NCBI GenBank assembly: GCA_032718475.1
Contig: JAUCBJ010008232.1
Location: forward strand, 1-64,000
DNA: 64,000 nucleotides
Reading direction: 5' to 3'
DNA from: Nemertoderma westbladi
Lineage: Eukaryota; Animalia; Xenacoelomorpha
How positions within the stretch are numbered: position 1 is the stretch's first letter; the number at the start of each line of letters is the position of its first letter. Shown here piece by piece: positions 34,577-46,845 of the stretch. A program made the position numbers and the translations under genes. The notes under the pieces are model-generated. The model had not been told where the DNA came from. It searched no databases and saw only the letters and a list, made by a program, of their open reading frames with translations.

Positions 34577-37500
34577 AGCTGCTATATGAGTTTATCAATA
34601 TTATAATGAGTTGATATTTAGGCTAGCTGGCGTCGCTGCCTACCCCTCTCGGCCCCCGGACAGCGCAAGATCCTCAGCGCTGGTGTACTTTCGCCGATGT
34701 GCCTATCGCCAACGTAGTAGCTGCACAACGACCACAACAACCAGCGCGAGTCACTCCACCGTCCGTCCCAAAGGCTTAGATTTACTTCAGGTTCTTACTG
34801 GAGAGTTAGGGCTACTTTCACAATTGCGACTCGCTACTGTAAACACACTTTAGTAGTAACATTCACCTATAAACACACTAATTCCACACAACTGTCACAA
34901 ACCGCACACATTCGGGCCATTTGTCCGTTAGTCAGTGCCTTCCAGAATGTCACGTTATTATTATGTATCCTTGGATACTAGCAGTGTGCTATTTATTCTT
35001 TATGCTATTCAATGGGGCAAGCCTTTATTGTTCTTTTAACTCACTTCTAATTCTAGCGTGGTTGTTGCCATGGTGACATTATGGAAAGCTAGCGGTAGAA
35101 TTAGGGTAATTCTCATGCATACAGATCTGGGATGCTATTTAATAGTAATTCTTTAATTGTCAATATTCCTCTTTATACATGATTTTATGAATTTTATCGG
35201 CTATTGACTATATATTGGAGATTCTCGCACACTAATACACTTAATAGGGTGAATCTCCGCTCCCATGATCTATTAATTAATGGAATTTTGGGAATGTTAT
35301 AAATTGTATAAAAATGACAATTTATCGAATTCATTAAATATGAATTTAAATTTATTCCCGTAAATTTTATTATTTAATACTAAATAGACACAATTTTATT
35401 CCAGAACATGTCTGGGGACTGGGATCCTTGATTCTAGGAAATTGGTCTTTTTAAGAATATCGGTAAGTGCTACGATATCTTAATAGACTAGAAATTTATA
35501 GGATTTAAAATTTGACAGATTTTGTAAATATTAATAATTAATATTTAGGATGGGCACCGGTTTATTCCAGAACAAGTCTGGGGACGTTAACCACTGATTC
35601 TAGAATTTTGTCTTTCAAGTATATCGGTGGGTACCGCGATATCTTAATCGACTAGAATTACAGATGGTCAAAGGGTTTAACAGATTTATTTTGCGTTGTA
35701 CGCTACTGTTAAAGTGACATCACGCTACTATATGTATTATTTAATATACGGTATGAGAGCAATATCGCACGAAGCAATGTCAGTGAGAAGAGGCAAGTCG
35801 TTTCCAAGGTCTACCCAGAGCTTGGTTTAGCCGAGACACGAGGATCTGAATTTTGCATTCCTAATACTCTACTTTACCAATAATACTTGAATATAGTAGG
35901 AGCTTTATTGTACTTTAATAAGTACGGAGATTTCATCTTACTGTAGTTACGTATTTGTAATGTAATACGGACAGTAAGGAAAGAGAAAAGAATTATTTCT
36001 CGCCGTCGCACTAAATATATAATATAAGTAATTAAGTAATAAACGCGAATATATATTGCACTAATCTACTAAATAATCACTAAAATAACATTCTACTAAA
36101 TAAAATTAAAGAAAACTATTATAATAAAATTACATAATAATACATACATAAATACAAAATAATAAGAATATAAAATAATATGGTCACACACCCACTCCAT
36201 ACGCTACTAAGCTGGGGAGTCCCTAGATGTTTGTTGGATTAGGGAGGTGGTCGTGGGAAGAGTATCTTGTCTTCCATAGTTTCCGGAGAGTTCTCTGTCT
36301 CTTTCCAGTAAACATAAACGACCAACTGGGCGATTGAGCTGCTGTGTCTCGAAGACAATTCCCGGTTTCTTGAAGTTACGTCGCATGACGACGAGTTCTA
36401 CTGATCGCACCAAACCGTCATCCGAGATGTGAGTCTCGATGATACGACCTGTCTGCCACCTCTTACGTGGAAGACCTGAATCCACAATAAGGACCATGTC
36501 TCCAGCTTGTCTCCAAACCATGTTTAAAGCAACGTCTCTACGGATGTTTATGTCTTTCCGTTTGTTGGTTGGGTCTTGGGCATTCATTGCAATAATACCA
36601 AAGACGCAAGTCTTGTAGGGGAAATGCGGGTGATATTTATTCGGTTTTACAACGTTTCTCTCAAGAATTCCAAATATACGTTGGAGTTACTGCATTTATC
36701 CGGTTCTTTAACGTCTTTTCTTTCGAGTCGATTTCGAATAGAATTTTCGCATTCGATTCTCAATTTATCGTTCCGACTCCGCTGGGTATGATATTTAAAT
36801 AGGACCATTTCCCTTTCGGTGTCGATATCGTCCGTATCGTATAAATCGATAGGATGGCCAGTAGTTAAGAAGTCCATATACGTACCATTACAATGCGTAT
36901 AGCGAGCAGTGAATTTTCGATAGTCCAATTCACACGTAAGTTGCTCCTGGGGCATCGGCGGTTCGATATAACGACCATCATCCTCCGTAGTAGTTGGACT
37001 AGCGTCGCTGCGTATCAAGCTATCAACAAACGCTTGCAACGGTAGAGTATATTTCTCCCTGATACCAAGATCATCTTCTATCAACTGAGTCATAGCTGCT
37101 ATATGAGTTTATCAATATTATAATGAGTTGATATTTAGGCTAGCTGGCGTCGCTGCCTACCCCTCTCGGCCCCCGGACAGCGCAAGATCCTCAGCGCTGG
37201 TGTACTTTCGCCGATGTGCCTATCGCCAACGTAGTAGCTGCACAACGACCACAACAACCAGCGCGAGTCACTCCACCGTCCGTCCCAAAGGCTTAGATTT
37301 ACTTCAGGTTCTTACTGGAGAGTTAGGGCTACTTTCACAATTGCGACTCGCTACTGTAAACACACTTTAGTAGTAACATTCACCTATAAACACACTAATT
37401 CCACACAACTGTCACAAACCGCACACATTCGGGCCATTTGTCCGTTAGTCAGTGCCTTCCAGAATGTCACGTTATTATTATGTATCCTTGGATACTAGCA

Positions 37501-39023
37501 GTGTGCTATTTATTCTTTATGCTATTCAATGGGGCAAGCCTTTATTGTTCTTTTAACTCACTTCTAATTCTAGCGTGGTTGTTGCCATGGTGACATTATG
37601 GAAAGCTAGCGGTAGAATTAGGGTAATTCTCATGCATACAGATCTGGGATGCTATTTAATAGTAATTCTTTAATTGTCAATATTCCTCTTTATACATGAT
37701 TTTATGAATTTTATCGGCTATTGACTATATATTGGAGATTCTCGCACACTAATACACTTAATAGGGTGAATCTCCGCTCCCATGATCTATTAATTAATGG
37801 AATTTTGGGAATGTTATAAATTGTATAAAAATGACAATTTATCGAATTCATTAAATATGAATTTAAATTTATTCCCGTAAATTTTATTATTTAATACTAA
37901 ATAGACACAATTTTATTCCAGAACATGTCTGGGGACTGGGATCCTTGATTCTAGGAAATTGGTCTTTTTAAGAATATCGGTAAGTGCTACGATATCTTAA
38001 TAGACTAGAAATTTATAGGATTTAAAATTTGACAGATTTTGTAAATATTAATAATTAATATTTAGGATGGGCACCGGTTTATTCCAGAACAAGTCTGGGG
38101 ACGTTAACCACTGATTCTAGAATTTTGTCTTTCAAGTATATCGGTGGGTACCGCGATATCTTAATCGACTAGAATTACAGATGGTCAAAGGGTTTAACAG
38201 ATTTATTTTGCGTTGTACGCTACTGTTAAAGTGACATCACGCTACTATATGTATTATTTAATATACGGTATGAGAGCAATATCGCACGAAGCAATGTCAG
38301 TGAGAAGAGGCAAGTCGTTTCCAAGGTCTACCCAGAGCTTGGTTTAGCCGAGACACGAGGATCTGAATTTTGCATTCCTAATACTCTACTTTACCAATAA
38401 TACTTGAATATAGTAGGAGCTTTATTGTACTTTAATAAGTACGGAGATTTCATCTTACTGTAGTTACGTATTTGTAATGTAATACGGACAGTAAGGAAAG
38501 AGAAAAGAATTATTTCTCGCCGTCGCACTAAATATATAATATAAGTAATTAAGTAATAAACGCGAATATATATTGCACTAATCTACTAAATAATCACTAA
38601 AATAACATTCTACTAAATAAAATTAAAGAAAACTATTATAATAAAATTACATAATAATACATACATAAATACAAAATAATAAGAATATAAAATAATATGG
38701 TCACACACCCACTCCATACGCTACTAAGCTGGGGAGTCCCTAGATGTTTGTTGGATTAGGGAGGTGGTCGTGGGAAGAGTATCTTGTCTTCCATAGTTTC
38801 CGGAGAGTTCTCTGTCTCTTTCCAGTAAACATAAACGACCAACTGGGCGATTGAGCTGCTGTGTCTCGAAGACAATTCCCGGTTTCTTGAAGTTACGTCG
38901 CATGACGACGAGTTCTACTGATCGCACCAAACCGTCATCCGAGATGTGAGTCTCGATGATACGACCTGTCTGCCACCTCTTACGTGGAAGACCTGAATCC
39001 ACAATAAGGACCATGTCTCCAGC
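33998..39023. repeat. Tandem duplication with a 2517-bp period inside BEL-B (33998-36506 and 36515-39023)
   Basis: Identical ORFs offset by 2517 nt (e.g. 34130/36647, 36207/38724); 8-nt filler at the junction. Confidence 0.95.
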
Positions 39024-40370
39024 GCTGACGTTTTCTTGCTGCGCAAACCACTTAGTTCGAAGTTGTAGCGTGGGCAGGTAATGTTTTTCGAAATGGTCAG
39101 CGAAACGACGGGATAACAACTGCATAAGTTGCCAAGTTTGCCGGCAGTATTCGTCTCCGTCAGTGATTTCCAATTGTGGGAGCATGGCTACAGGTTTCTT
39201 CAGTAGGAAGTGCGCGGGTGTTAGCGCTTCCAGGGAATCGGGACTCGATGAGACTGGCATAAGCGGTCTCTCGTTGAGATAGGCGGCGATTTCCTCCATT
39301 AACGTCCGCAAAAGTTCGTCGGTGAGATACGCGCGGCAAGGCACTATAAAGTGAAATGCGGTCTTCACGCTCCTGATTAATCTCTCCCAACTTCCTCCCC
39401 ACCAAGGGGCGTCGGCGGCGTTGAAGGTCCAGCTAGATGCTGTTACCCTTAGCTGATCGTCCACCTGTCTTTGGTTCCAATCCTTGACATAAGCTTTGAT
39501 TTCATTGTTGGCACCAATGAAGTTTGTTCCCTTATCAGATCTCATCGTGTTACTAGTTCCAAATCGAGCGATCTGTCGTCGTAAGCTTAATAGGAAGCTG
39601 TTGGTAGATAAATCGTTCACCATATCGAGATGGATAGCTCTACAAGTCATACAAACAAAGATGAGACACCATCTCTTGACTATAGTCCTAGCACGATATA
39701 CTTCAATAGGGCCAAATAAATCTACACCGGTATTAGTAAAGGGTGGTTCATAGAAGCTTACTCGTTCCCTAGGTAATTCTGCCTCTCGCTGTGTTAAAGG
39801 CCTACTGAATGCTTTCCTACAGGGTATGCAGTTCTTAAGAACTTGGTTCAGAGCTCTACGGGGTTTACAAAAATAATAGCGAGTTCGAATTTCGCTAAGA
39901 ACTCGTTCTCTACCAGCATGATAAAGTTTGCTGTGAACATCTACAATCATCTTGACTTGTATTTCAAGATTTCTAATGAGTATGGGAAACTTAGTGTCAA
40001 AGGATAATGGAGCATTCGTTAATCTTCCTCCAACATGTATCAACCCATCTATCATTGTGCTAGAGAAACGATCCCTTAAGCGCATCTGTGGATTTCTCAA
40101 CAACAGGAAATACTTATCGGAATCCTCATGGCATTGTAGGAGTCTCAGTATCTGCTTATTTGTTTCTTCATGCTCCTGATAACTGATCTTCTCCTTCAGA
40201 AACCTGTCGAATATCTTGTATTGGGGAAGATCTTTAACAACATGGACCTGCGCAGATGTCAGTGGAGCGGTATCACTATTGGTCTTCGTCCCGGAGTAGT
40301 GATGATGAAAACATCGTTTTAAATATGTAACGGCCTTACAGAGCCGATTCCAGGAACTGTAGTGATGCAT
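38724..40370 (-). CDS. BEL-B integrase
   Basis: H..H..CIPC, TGVDLFGP, FVCMTCRAIHLD, SDKGTNF, APWWGGSWERLI, LNERPL, RPVGRLCLLE. Confidence 0.93.
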   Translation of the reverse strand: MHHYSSWNRLCKAVTYLKRCFHHHYSGTKTNSDTAPLTSAQVHVVKDLPQYKIFDRFLKEKISYQEHEETNKQILRLLQCHEDSDKYFLLLRNPQMRLRDRFSSTMIDGLIHVGGRLTNAPLSFDTKFPILIRNLEIQVKMIVDVHSKLYHAGRERVLSEIRTRYYFCKPRRALNQVLKNCIPCRKAFSRPLTQREAELPRERVSFYEPPFTNTGVDLFGPIEVYRARTIVKRWCLIFVCMTCRAIHLDMVNDLSTNSFLLSLRRQIARFGTSNTMRSDKGTNFIGANNEIKAYVKDWNQRQVDDQLRVTASSWTFNAADAPWWGGSWERLIRSVKTAFHFIVPCRAYLTDELLRTLMEEIAAYLNERPLMPVSSSPDSLEALTPAHFLLKKPVAMLPQLEITDGDEYCRQTWQLMQLLSRRFADHFEKHYLPTLQLRTKWFAQQENVSAGDMVLIVDSGLPRKRWQTGRIIETHISDDGLVRSVELVVMRRNFKKPGIVFETQQLNRPVGRLCLLERDRELSGNYGRQDTLPTTTSLIQQTSRDSPA

Positions 40371-40442
40371 CGCTCTCTGCAGGAGAGGTGAGAGTCCTTG
40401 CGAGACGTCTGGTATTCCAGATTTATTTTAGATTATATTTAT

Positions 40443-43442
40443 TTACTTATTTGTGGCTGTGGGTTTCGGATCCAAAGCGTCGTCTCCGGAAGTGTGTAGT
40501 ACAGACAGATCTACCATAGGTTTAAATAACTTCGATTTACTCGCCCGAGTTTTAGGTTTGACTTTCTCCGCTCCCTTGGCCTGTCTAATCTCTGCCGTAG
40601 TAAGATGAGGAGGCCATTCTTCTTCTTTTTTGTATAGGAAGTCGGGTCCACCTAACCAGTCTGGAGTATCTATCAGTTCTTGTGGAGTTGCTCCCCTGGA
40701 GGCGATGTCGGCTGGATTAATCGTTCCAGGGCAATGTCTCCATTGATCCATCTTCGTACGACTAAGTATAATGGCTACTCTGTTGGTAACGAAGACGCTG
40801 AACTGACAGACTTCATTGGTTATATACTCCAACACGAGTAAAGCATCGGTCCAATAGACAGTTTTCTCCAATGGATAATCGATCTGTTCTGTTACATTCC
40901 GGCCGATGGCTGTAGCGTATAGAGCCGCCTTTAACTCCGCTCGAGGAACTTTCAACCTGTTGTTTATCAACGCCTTAGAGGTAACAAAGGCGACCTTGAT
41001 TCCATCCGGAGTTTCAACTCTCAGGTAGGCTACTATACCTATTCCCATATCGCTGGCGTCTCCAAACACGTGGAGTTGATAGGAATACATAGGGAGAACA
41101 TGACCAAAATATGAACGGGAAATTATAAAGTTCTCGATGGCTGGTAGAGAATCTTCCCATTTCATCCACTTCTTTAATAATTCTCCCTTGAGTGGATCGT
41201 CCCATGAGTGGTTTTCAAGCCACATTTGTTGTACTAAACTCCGAGCAATCAATATAACTGGGCTAATAAATCCCAATGGATCGAAATAAGTGCTCAGGAT
41301 ACTTAAACAAATCCGTTTAGTTCGAACGGGATTATCTCGCTGTTTTAGCTGGAAAAACAGGATATCTCTCTCTGTGTCCCATTTAAAACCGAGTGTCTTG
41401 GTTTCTGGAAGATCATCTTTGATTAGGTCTAGGTCTTTCGCTCCTCGATCTTCTACCGGGATCGATTCCAGAAACTCACGGGAGTTGCTGGTGAATTTAG
41501 TTAATCGAAATCCACCTCTTTTTAAGCACTCTACCGTTCCTTTGGCGACATCAATGGCTTCTTCAACTGATGGAAGGGACTTTAAATTGTCGTCCATGTA
41601 TATATCCCGTTTGATGTTGTCGATCACCTCTTTAGAGAAGGCGTCCCGGTTGTCATCAGCAGTGGTGCGCACCACTGAGCAGGCGTTCGAAGGGCTTGAG
41701 ATTATCCCAAAAGCCTGGATGGTCATCCAATACTCCACCGGTTTCTGGTTGAGGTCTCCTTCAGGCCACCACAGAAATCGTAGGCTATCTCGATCCCTAT
41801 CCAGCGCCTTGACTTGTAAGAACATGCCTTCTATATCGGAGGCGAAAGCGAGTGAATATTGTCGTAATCTTAAGAGTATTCCCAACAAGGATTGGAGTAA
41901 GTTGGGTCCTGGTAACAACTCGGAATTAAGGGATTGGCCCATGTAGAGGGCGGAGCCGTCAAATACTACTCGTACCTCATGAGGTTTACCGGGTTTGGGA
42001 ACGTAATGATGTGTTAAATAATACGTTCTCTCAGTTATAGGTGTTTCTTCCGGTACTCGCTCCGCATATCCTTTGTTAATAAATTTCTTCAACTGCGTCT
42101 GATACATTTCTTTAGCTGAAGAGTTTGCCGTAAGGCGTCGATGTAGTTGAGCAATTCTTTTCTCCGCCAAGGGTCTGTTGTTTATGAACTTTGGTTCTCG
42201 CTTTCGGAAAGGTATACCGATTTCATATCTACCTTGGTCTTTAAGAAAACGTGTAGTTGTCTCTTGGATCTGCTTGGCTCTTTCTTCTTCTACCGATAGG
42301 GCCTTATCGTAAGAATTGGGCTCTACAGCCTCTTGAGTAAAGAATCGTACGGCGTGTTCATCCCGAGTTTTGGCATTATAACGTTCAATGACGTCATTCA
42401 GTTCATCGTTATAGTCGTCTCGTTCTGATGGACGAATGAGCTGACATAGGTTCACTTGGTTTTGCCAAGTCTCGTTTTGTGTAAGGAGATCAATGGTATT
42501 CTCCTCGTCGAAGAGTTGGTGGATATCGTCATTATCTGAGGAGTATGGTGTTCCCTCAGTTGGATCGTCTAACTCACTGCTCTCCGCTTCCCATTCTCTT
42601 ACTTGATATACCTGATCTTTTGGTAATCTTTCCATGAGAGTTCTACGGGAAGGGCCAGTAAAGTACCAACCCAATCTAGTTCTTCCCGCATAGGCTTGTA
42701 GTGGTTGCGGTTGAGCAGGCCGTTTCTCCAATGTCTCGAGCGCCTCATGCGCATTTTGACCGATGAGTATTTGCACTCCAGGGTAATCGGTGTTGAATCT
42801 AGGTATATCAAGCTGCTGGGTGAAATCGTCCTCATCCCAGTTATAAGGTTCCACTTGGCTGGTAGCGAAGTTCTTTATCGCCACCATTTTTACTGACCTT
42901 ATGCTGTGTTCTCCTAGTTCATCCTGGGGGGTGGACAACGCACCTACATAATAATCCGCTATTACTGTAGATTTCCAAACCTGCATAATTCCTGACATGT
43001 TTAGCTTAGTTCGGAACTTAGGTTGTCCAGCAAAGATGTCTTCGGCTAGTTCTTTGTCGACGAATGTTCCTGTGCTACCGGAGTCAAGGAGGGCGTTCAC
43101 TATATAACTCCTTTTAGGTCCGTGGACCCTTAACTGTACTACAGGAAATTCTCGGATTCCTACATTGGAAGTTGGTGCTTTCCAAGATGGTTGTCGATCA
43201 GAAGTAGTTAGGGGAAGCTCGCTGTCGGTGTCCTTTTCATACGTAACTGCTCGATACACTGCGGTATTTATCATGTAACAGGATTCGTCTTCGTCGGAGA
43301 ATTCGTCCGTATAGAATCCTTCCATCTCAGAACTTTGGTCAGTGTCATTCACATCACTGAATTGGACATGTAGTTCGGACTCACTTACCTGACTCGGGCT
43401 GTTTCGCTCGAATTCAGTGTGCAACAAGATATGATGTTTCAC
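40443..43442 (-). CDS. BEL-B protease / reverse transcriptase / RNase H
   Basis: LLDSGS (PR); RVVFDGS, SDIEGMFLQV, YMDD (RT); FGDAS, VPRAEL, NPADIASRG (RH). Confidence 0.95.
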   Translation of the reverse strand: MKHHILLHTEFERNSPSQVSESELHVQFSDVNDTDQSSEMEGFYTDEFSDEDESCYMINTAVYRAVTYEKDTDSELPLTTSDRQPSWKAPTSNVGIREFPVVQLRVHGPKRSYIVNALLDSGSTGTFVDKELAEDIFAGQPKFRTKLNMSGIMQVWKSTVIADYYVGALSTPQDELGEHSIRSVKMVAIKNFATSQVEPYNWDEDDFTQQLDIPRFNTDYPGVQILIGQNAHEALETLEKRPAQPQPLQAYAGRTRLGWYFTGPSRRTLMERLPKDQVYQVREWEAESSELDDPTEGTPYSSDNDDIHQLFDEENTIDLLTQNETWQNQVNLCQLIRPSERDDYNDELNDVIERYNAKTRDEHAVRFFTQEAVEPNSYDKALSVEEERAKQIQETTTRFLKDQGRYEIGIPFRKREPKFINNRPLAEKRIAQLHRRLTANSSAKEMYQTQLKKFINKGYAERVPEETPITERTYYLTHHYVPKPGKPHEVRVVFDGSALYMGQSLNSELLPGPNLLQSLLGILLRLRQYSLAFASDIEGMFLQVKALDRDRDSLRFLWWPEGDLNQKPVEYWMTIQAFGIISSPSNACSVVRTTADDNRDAFSKEVIDNIKRDIYMDDNLKSLPSVEEAIDVAKGTVECLKRGGFRLTKFTSNSREFLESIPVEDRGAKDLDLIKDDLPETKTLGFKWDTERDILFFQLKQRDNPVRTKRICLSILSTYFDPLGFISPVILIARSLVQQMWLENHSWDDPLKGELLKKWMKWEDSLPAIENFIISRSYFGHVLPMYSYQLHVFGDASDMGIGIVAYLRVETPDGIKVAFVTSKALINNRLKVPRAELKAALYATAIGRNVTEQIDYPLEKTVYWTDALLVLEYITNEVCQFSVFVTNRVAIILSRTKMDQWRHCPGTINPADIASRGATPQELIDTPDWLGGPDFLYKKEEEWPPHLTTAEIRQAKGAEKVKPKTRASKSKLFKPMVDLSVLHTSGDDALDPKPTATNK

Positions 43443-46400
43443 ACCTTGCGTCGGAGTAACAGGTTCGCCGTTGGTGTCCTTGTCTGAGGCAATTATAACA
43501 CAACCGCTTATCCCACATGACTTCCCGTCTATCCGTTAATGATTTCTTTAGGAATTCATCACACACATTCAACCGGTGGGGCCCGTCGCACAGCGCACAT
43601 TTCGGTTTGATGTTACTTACCTTATTTTGAGTAACGTTGTGCACACTCGTTCTTTCTTCGGGCTTTCTTACCTGAATTCTCTTAGGAGACGGAGGAGGAG
43701 TTTTTCTTACCTGTTCTCTCCTGTCATTGGTTCGAGACTTGAATTTACTTACGTCTTTAGGCGTTTTGTTGACATAATAAGATCTTTCAGTGTCTTTTCC
43801 GCTGTCCTCTCCTTGAGAAGCCTGGCTTTTTCCGTCGTCGGTATAACACACTGGTGTTACCTTTCTCCTACAAACGGGTTTCTCACTTACCTTGTTTTCC
43901 GGTGTCTTCTCTCTGGACTGCTTTAGGAGCTGTAATTTCACTTCTCCATCTAAGAATGACATGAGATCAGCCATGGTAGGGTCTCGTCGTTGCTGTTCCA
44001 TCATATATAACACTTTCTTATCCCAGCGTGTACCTACTCCGCCCCTAGGTAAAGTAGAGGCCACGGCTCCAATAACCATAGAACTCTGATATTCATGAGA
44101 CTTACCTAGCCAATCTAATTGTCTACAGATCTCCTGAATCTCATCGGAAAACTCTATAATCCCGCTGCTAATGAATTTTCGGGGCGCTACTAATTTTGCA
44201 TACAAGTACCTAGCTATGTTATTCCTATTACCATACCTGATGTTTAGGGTATCCCAAACTTGTCTTAATCCATCTGGATGTCCAATAAACTTTAACGCCA
44301 TTAACTTGGGAGATCCTTCCAAGCACTCGATGAGGAATCTAAGTTTCTCTCTGTTAGATAGCACAGAGTTCTGTATGTTATCTTTGTAACATTCATTACA
44401 AGGTAACCATTTCATCTCATCTCCATTGAACCACCTTTACCTCCTTTACCGCTTGACGGGCTTCGGTTCTAGCCATTTGACGCGTAAAACTTTCTTGGGC
44501 CATCGTGTTATTTAATATCGAGTTATCGGTATATAAATTTCTCGGATTATTATCAAGTCTATATGGGATATCATTGTCAACAGGTTTATAATTACCCTTA
44601 ATAGGGTTTACTATAGGAGTTTCTACTTCACTAGCAGTATAGATGCGTGTAGGCTCCACACCTTGCGCATGAAATACTTCAGACCTAACAGGTTGACACA
44701 TTGTTACCGGGGTTGGTGGTATACCCTTTTGTGTATTTACTAATTTATCGCGTTCTAACGCGATACTTTGCTGCACTTCTTGCAACTCTAACCTACTTTC
44801 CCTTACTGTGCACTTGAACTGCTTAACAGTCTCCTGCATCTGCCCGAGCAGGAGATCCATCCCCCGTCGTCTCTCATCCACCCACTCGACCGCCGAAGCG
44901 GGAGCCGCCAACGTAGTAGCGGGTGGACGGGGAACAACGGGCGACAAATCATTGATATTTCGCTCGGAGTCCAGAACAGGAACTGTCTCATGGGCTGTTC
45001 TGCTGGGCACAGGTAGCTTAGTGCTATGCAAAGGGAATTTAGAGGTAGGTTCTGGGAGTACAGGTGTCTCTATCACCGAAGGGGTGGCTTCGAGAACAGG
45101 CCTAATTATTTCAGGCTCATCTACTATAGTAGGGAGTCTTTCTATTTTAATTATTTGGTCTGTGGGTTCTGTACTACCTAAGTCTGTGCTAGCTAGTTGC
45201 CTTCTAACAGCTGGGGGCAAATCAGGCAATTTCTGACGGTGGGACATTCTTCTACGTCTGCTTAGACGAGATCTATTTCCTCCGCCTTCAGGATCGGTGG
45301 TATCGCCTTCCTCAGATGATGTATATCCCTGTCTCTTGGGAGTAGATCGACTCATCATCTGCATTTGACTAGCTGTTAACTGTTTATTTATGCAGTCTTG
45401 ATTCTCTTGAATGTTTTCCAATTCTAGTTGGGTGGTTTCTTCAGACGCTCTCCATTCTGCTTCTGCCACTGCCTCGGCCGCTGCCATTGCCGCCTTACTT
45501 TCCACTTCGGCCGCTGCCACTGCCGCCTTTCTTTCCGCTTTCTTTCTGCTTCTGCCTCTGCCGCTGCCGCTGCCACTTTTCTTTCCGCTTCTGCCTCTGC
45601 CGCTGCCGCTGCCGCTGCCGCTTTTCTTTCCGCTTCTGCCGCTGCCACTGCTGCTGCCACTGCCGCTGTCTTTCTGTCTTCTATACGTTTTTTCTTTACT
45701 TGTTCTTCTTGGACCCTAGTGATGCGGAGGCGTTCATCAAATTTAGCTTGGTTCGCAGCTATCATATCCGCATCGATTGCGTCTAATACAAGCTTGGCTC
45801 CTTCACTATTAGGGCGAAGCCCAGACAGCCGTCTCCTCAACTCTTCGTCACCTACAAATCGTTGATAGTCTGACAGATAGATGTCAATAGCATCCCTCTT
45901 ATGCGGTTTGTCTGCTGTCACTTCACTTTCCACTTGAGAAAAGGTAGCGTCTGTTGATTCTCCATGGGTTGAGCGCTCAGCCGACTGAGATTTCCTCTGG
46001 GTCGTTCCTTGAACCTTGATACTCACGCTTTGGAACCAAGTCTTGACGGCCACTTGCAACGACGTGTCTTGGGTTCTTTTCGAAGCTTCCTCAAAGGCCG
46101 ATAGGATTAGTCTGATTCGTAGAGTTCTTTCTCGAACTTGATAAAGCAGCTCTCCCTGCTCTTGAGGTCCTTGGGGTTGTCGAAACAGTTGTTCTTCTAA
46201 TCGCTCCATAGAGCTGAAGAATCCCTGTACGTATCCTGCTGCTGACCTCTTCCACACAGCCGGATCGCTGGTTTCTTTTGTCACTCCCATCCTGTGTATG
46301 TCTTCCCAGGCAGCTTCCGATAAGTCAAACGGGAGTCCGGGTCCGGGGAAGTTCCATTGTGACTCAACAATAGACTTCAGTTCTTCCTTTGTGTATCCCG

Positions 46401-46845
46401 CATAACTATCCTTGGTCGATCGCTTACTTCTTGCCCAATCAATCTGGTGTTCCTCCACCGCAATCAATACCCTAGTGAGTATGGCTGCAGGAAGGATGAG
46501 AAGGGGATCCGAATAAACCGCATCTGCCATCTTTGCTCCGCGCTCGGGTGTCAGCTCTACAGTATCCGCACTACTGGAGCTGTCAGGCCGCTGAGAAATA
46601 CGTTCTTGGCTCGAGTGTTGCTGCTGTTCCGCTGCTTCTTGGTCTCGCTTGACTTGAGCTCGAGTCCCTATGATAGACCTACGGTGTTGGACTAGCCTAG
46701 GGTCTGATATTACTACTGGAGGGATGATCTTTCTTACAGTAGGAGGTGAGTTGAACTTCGGTCTCACACGTTCCACACTCCTGTCTGGGTCACAGATGGT
46801 TGTATCTAGGAGACTGTCTGACAGGTTTTGCTTTGTGTCAGACAT
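43414..46845 (-). pseudogene. BEL-B gag, split by frameshifts into ORFs 45424-46845, 44417-45520 and 43414-44415
   Basis: FNGDEMKW motif spans a frameshift; KLRFL..CL.G, LNIRYG; C-terminal CALC..H..C and CYNCL..GH..C knuckles; Ala/Glu-rich repeat at ~45450-45670. Confidence 0.88.

Noticed and set aside
36207-36587. 126-aa ORF with an integrase C-terminus
   Set aside because: Chimera created by the tandem duplication junction, not an independent gene.
40409-40446. 38-nt GT-AG intron removing the stops between RNase H and integrase
   Set aside because: Splicing at these sites would not restore the integrase reading frame.
41290-41946. 218-aa plus-strand ORF and similar antisense ORFs over BEL-B and the LINE
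   Set aside because: Antisense shadows of RT/gag coding sequence with no motifs of their own.
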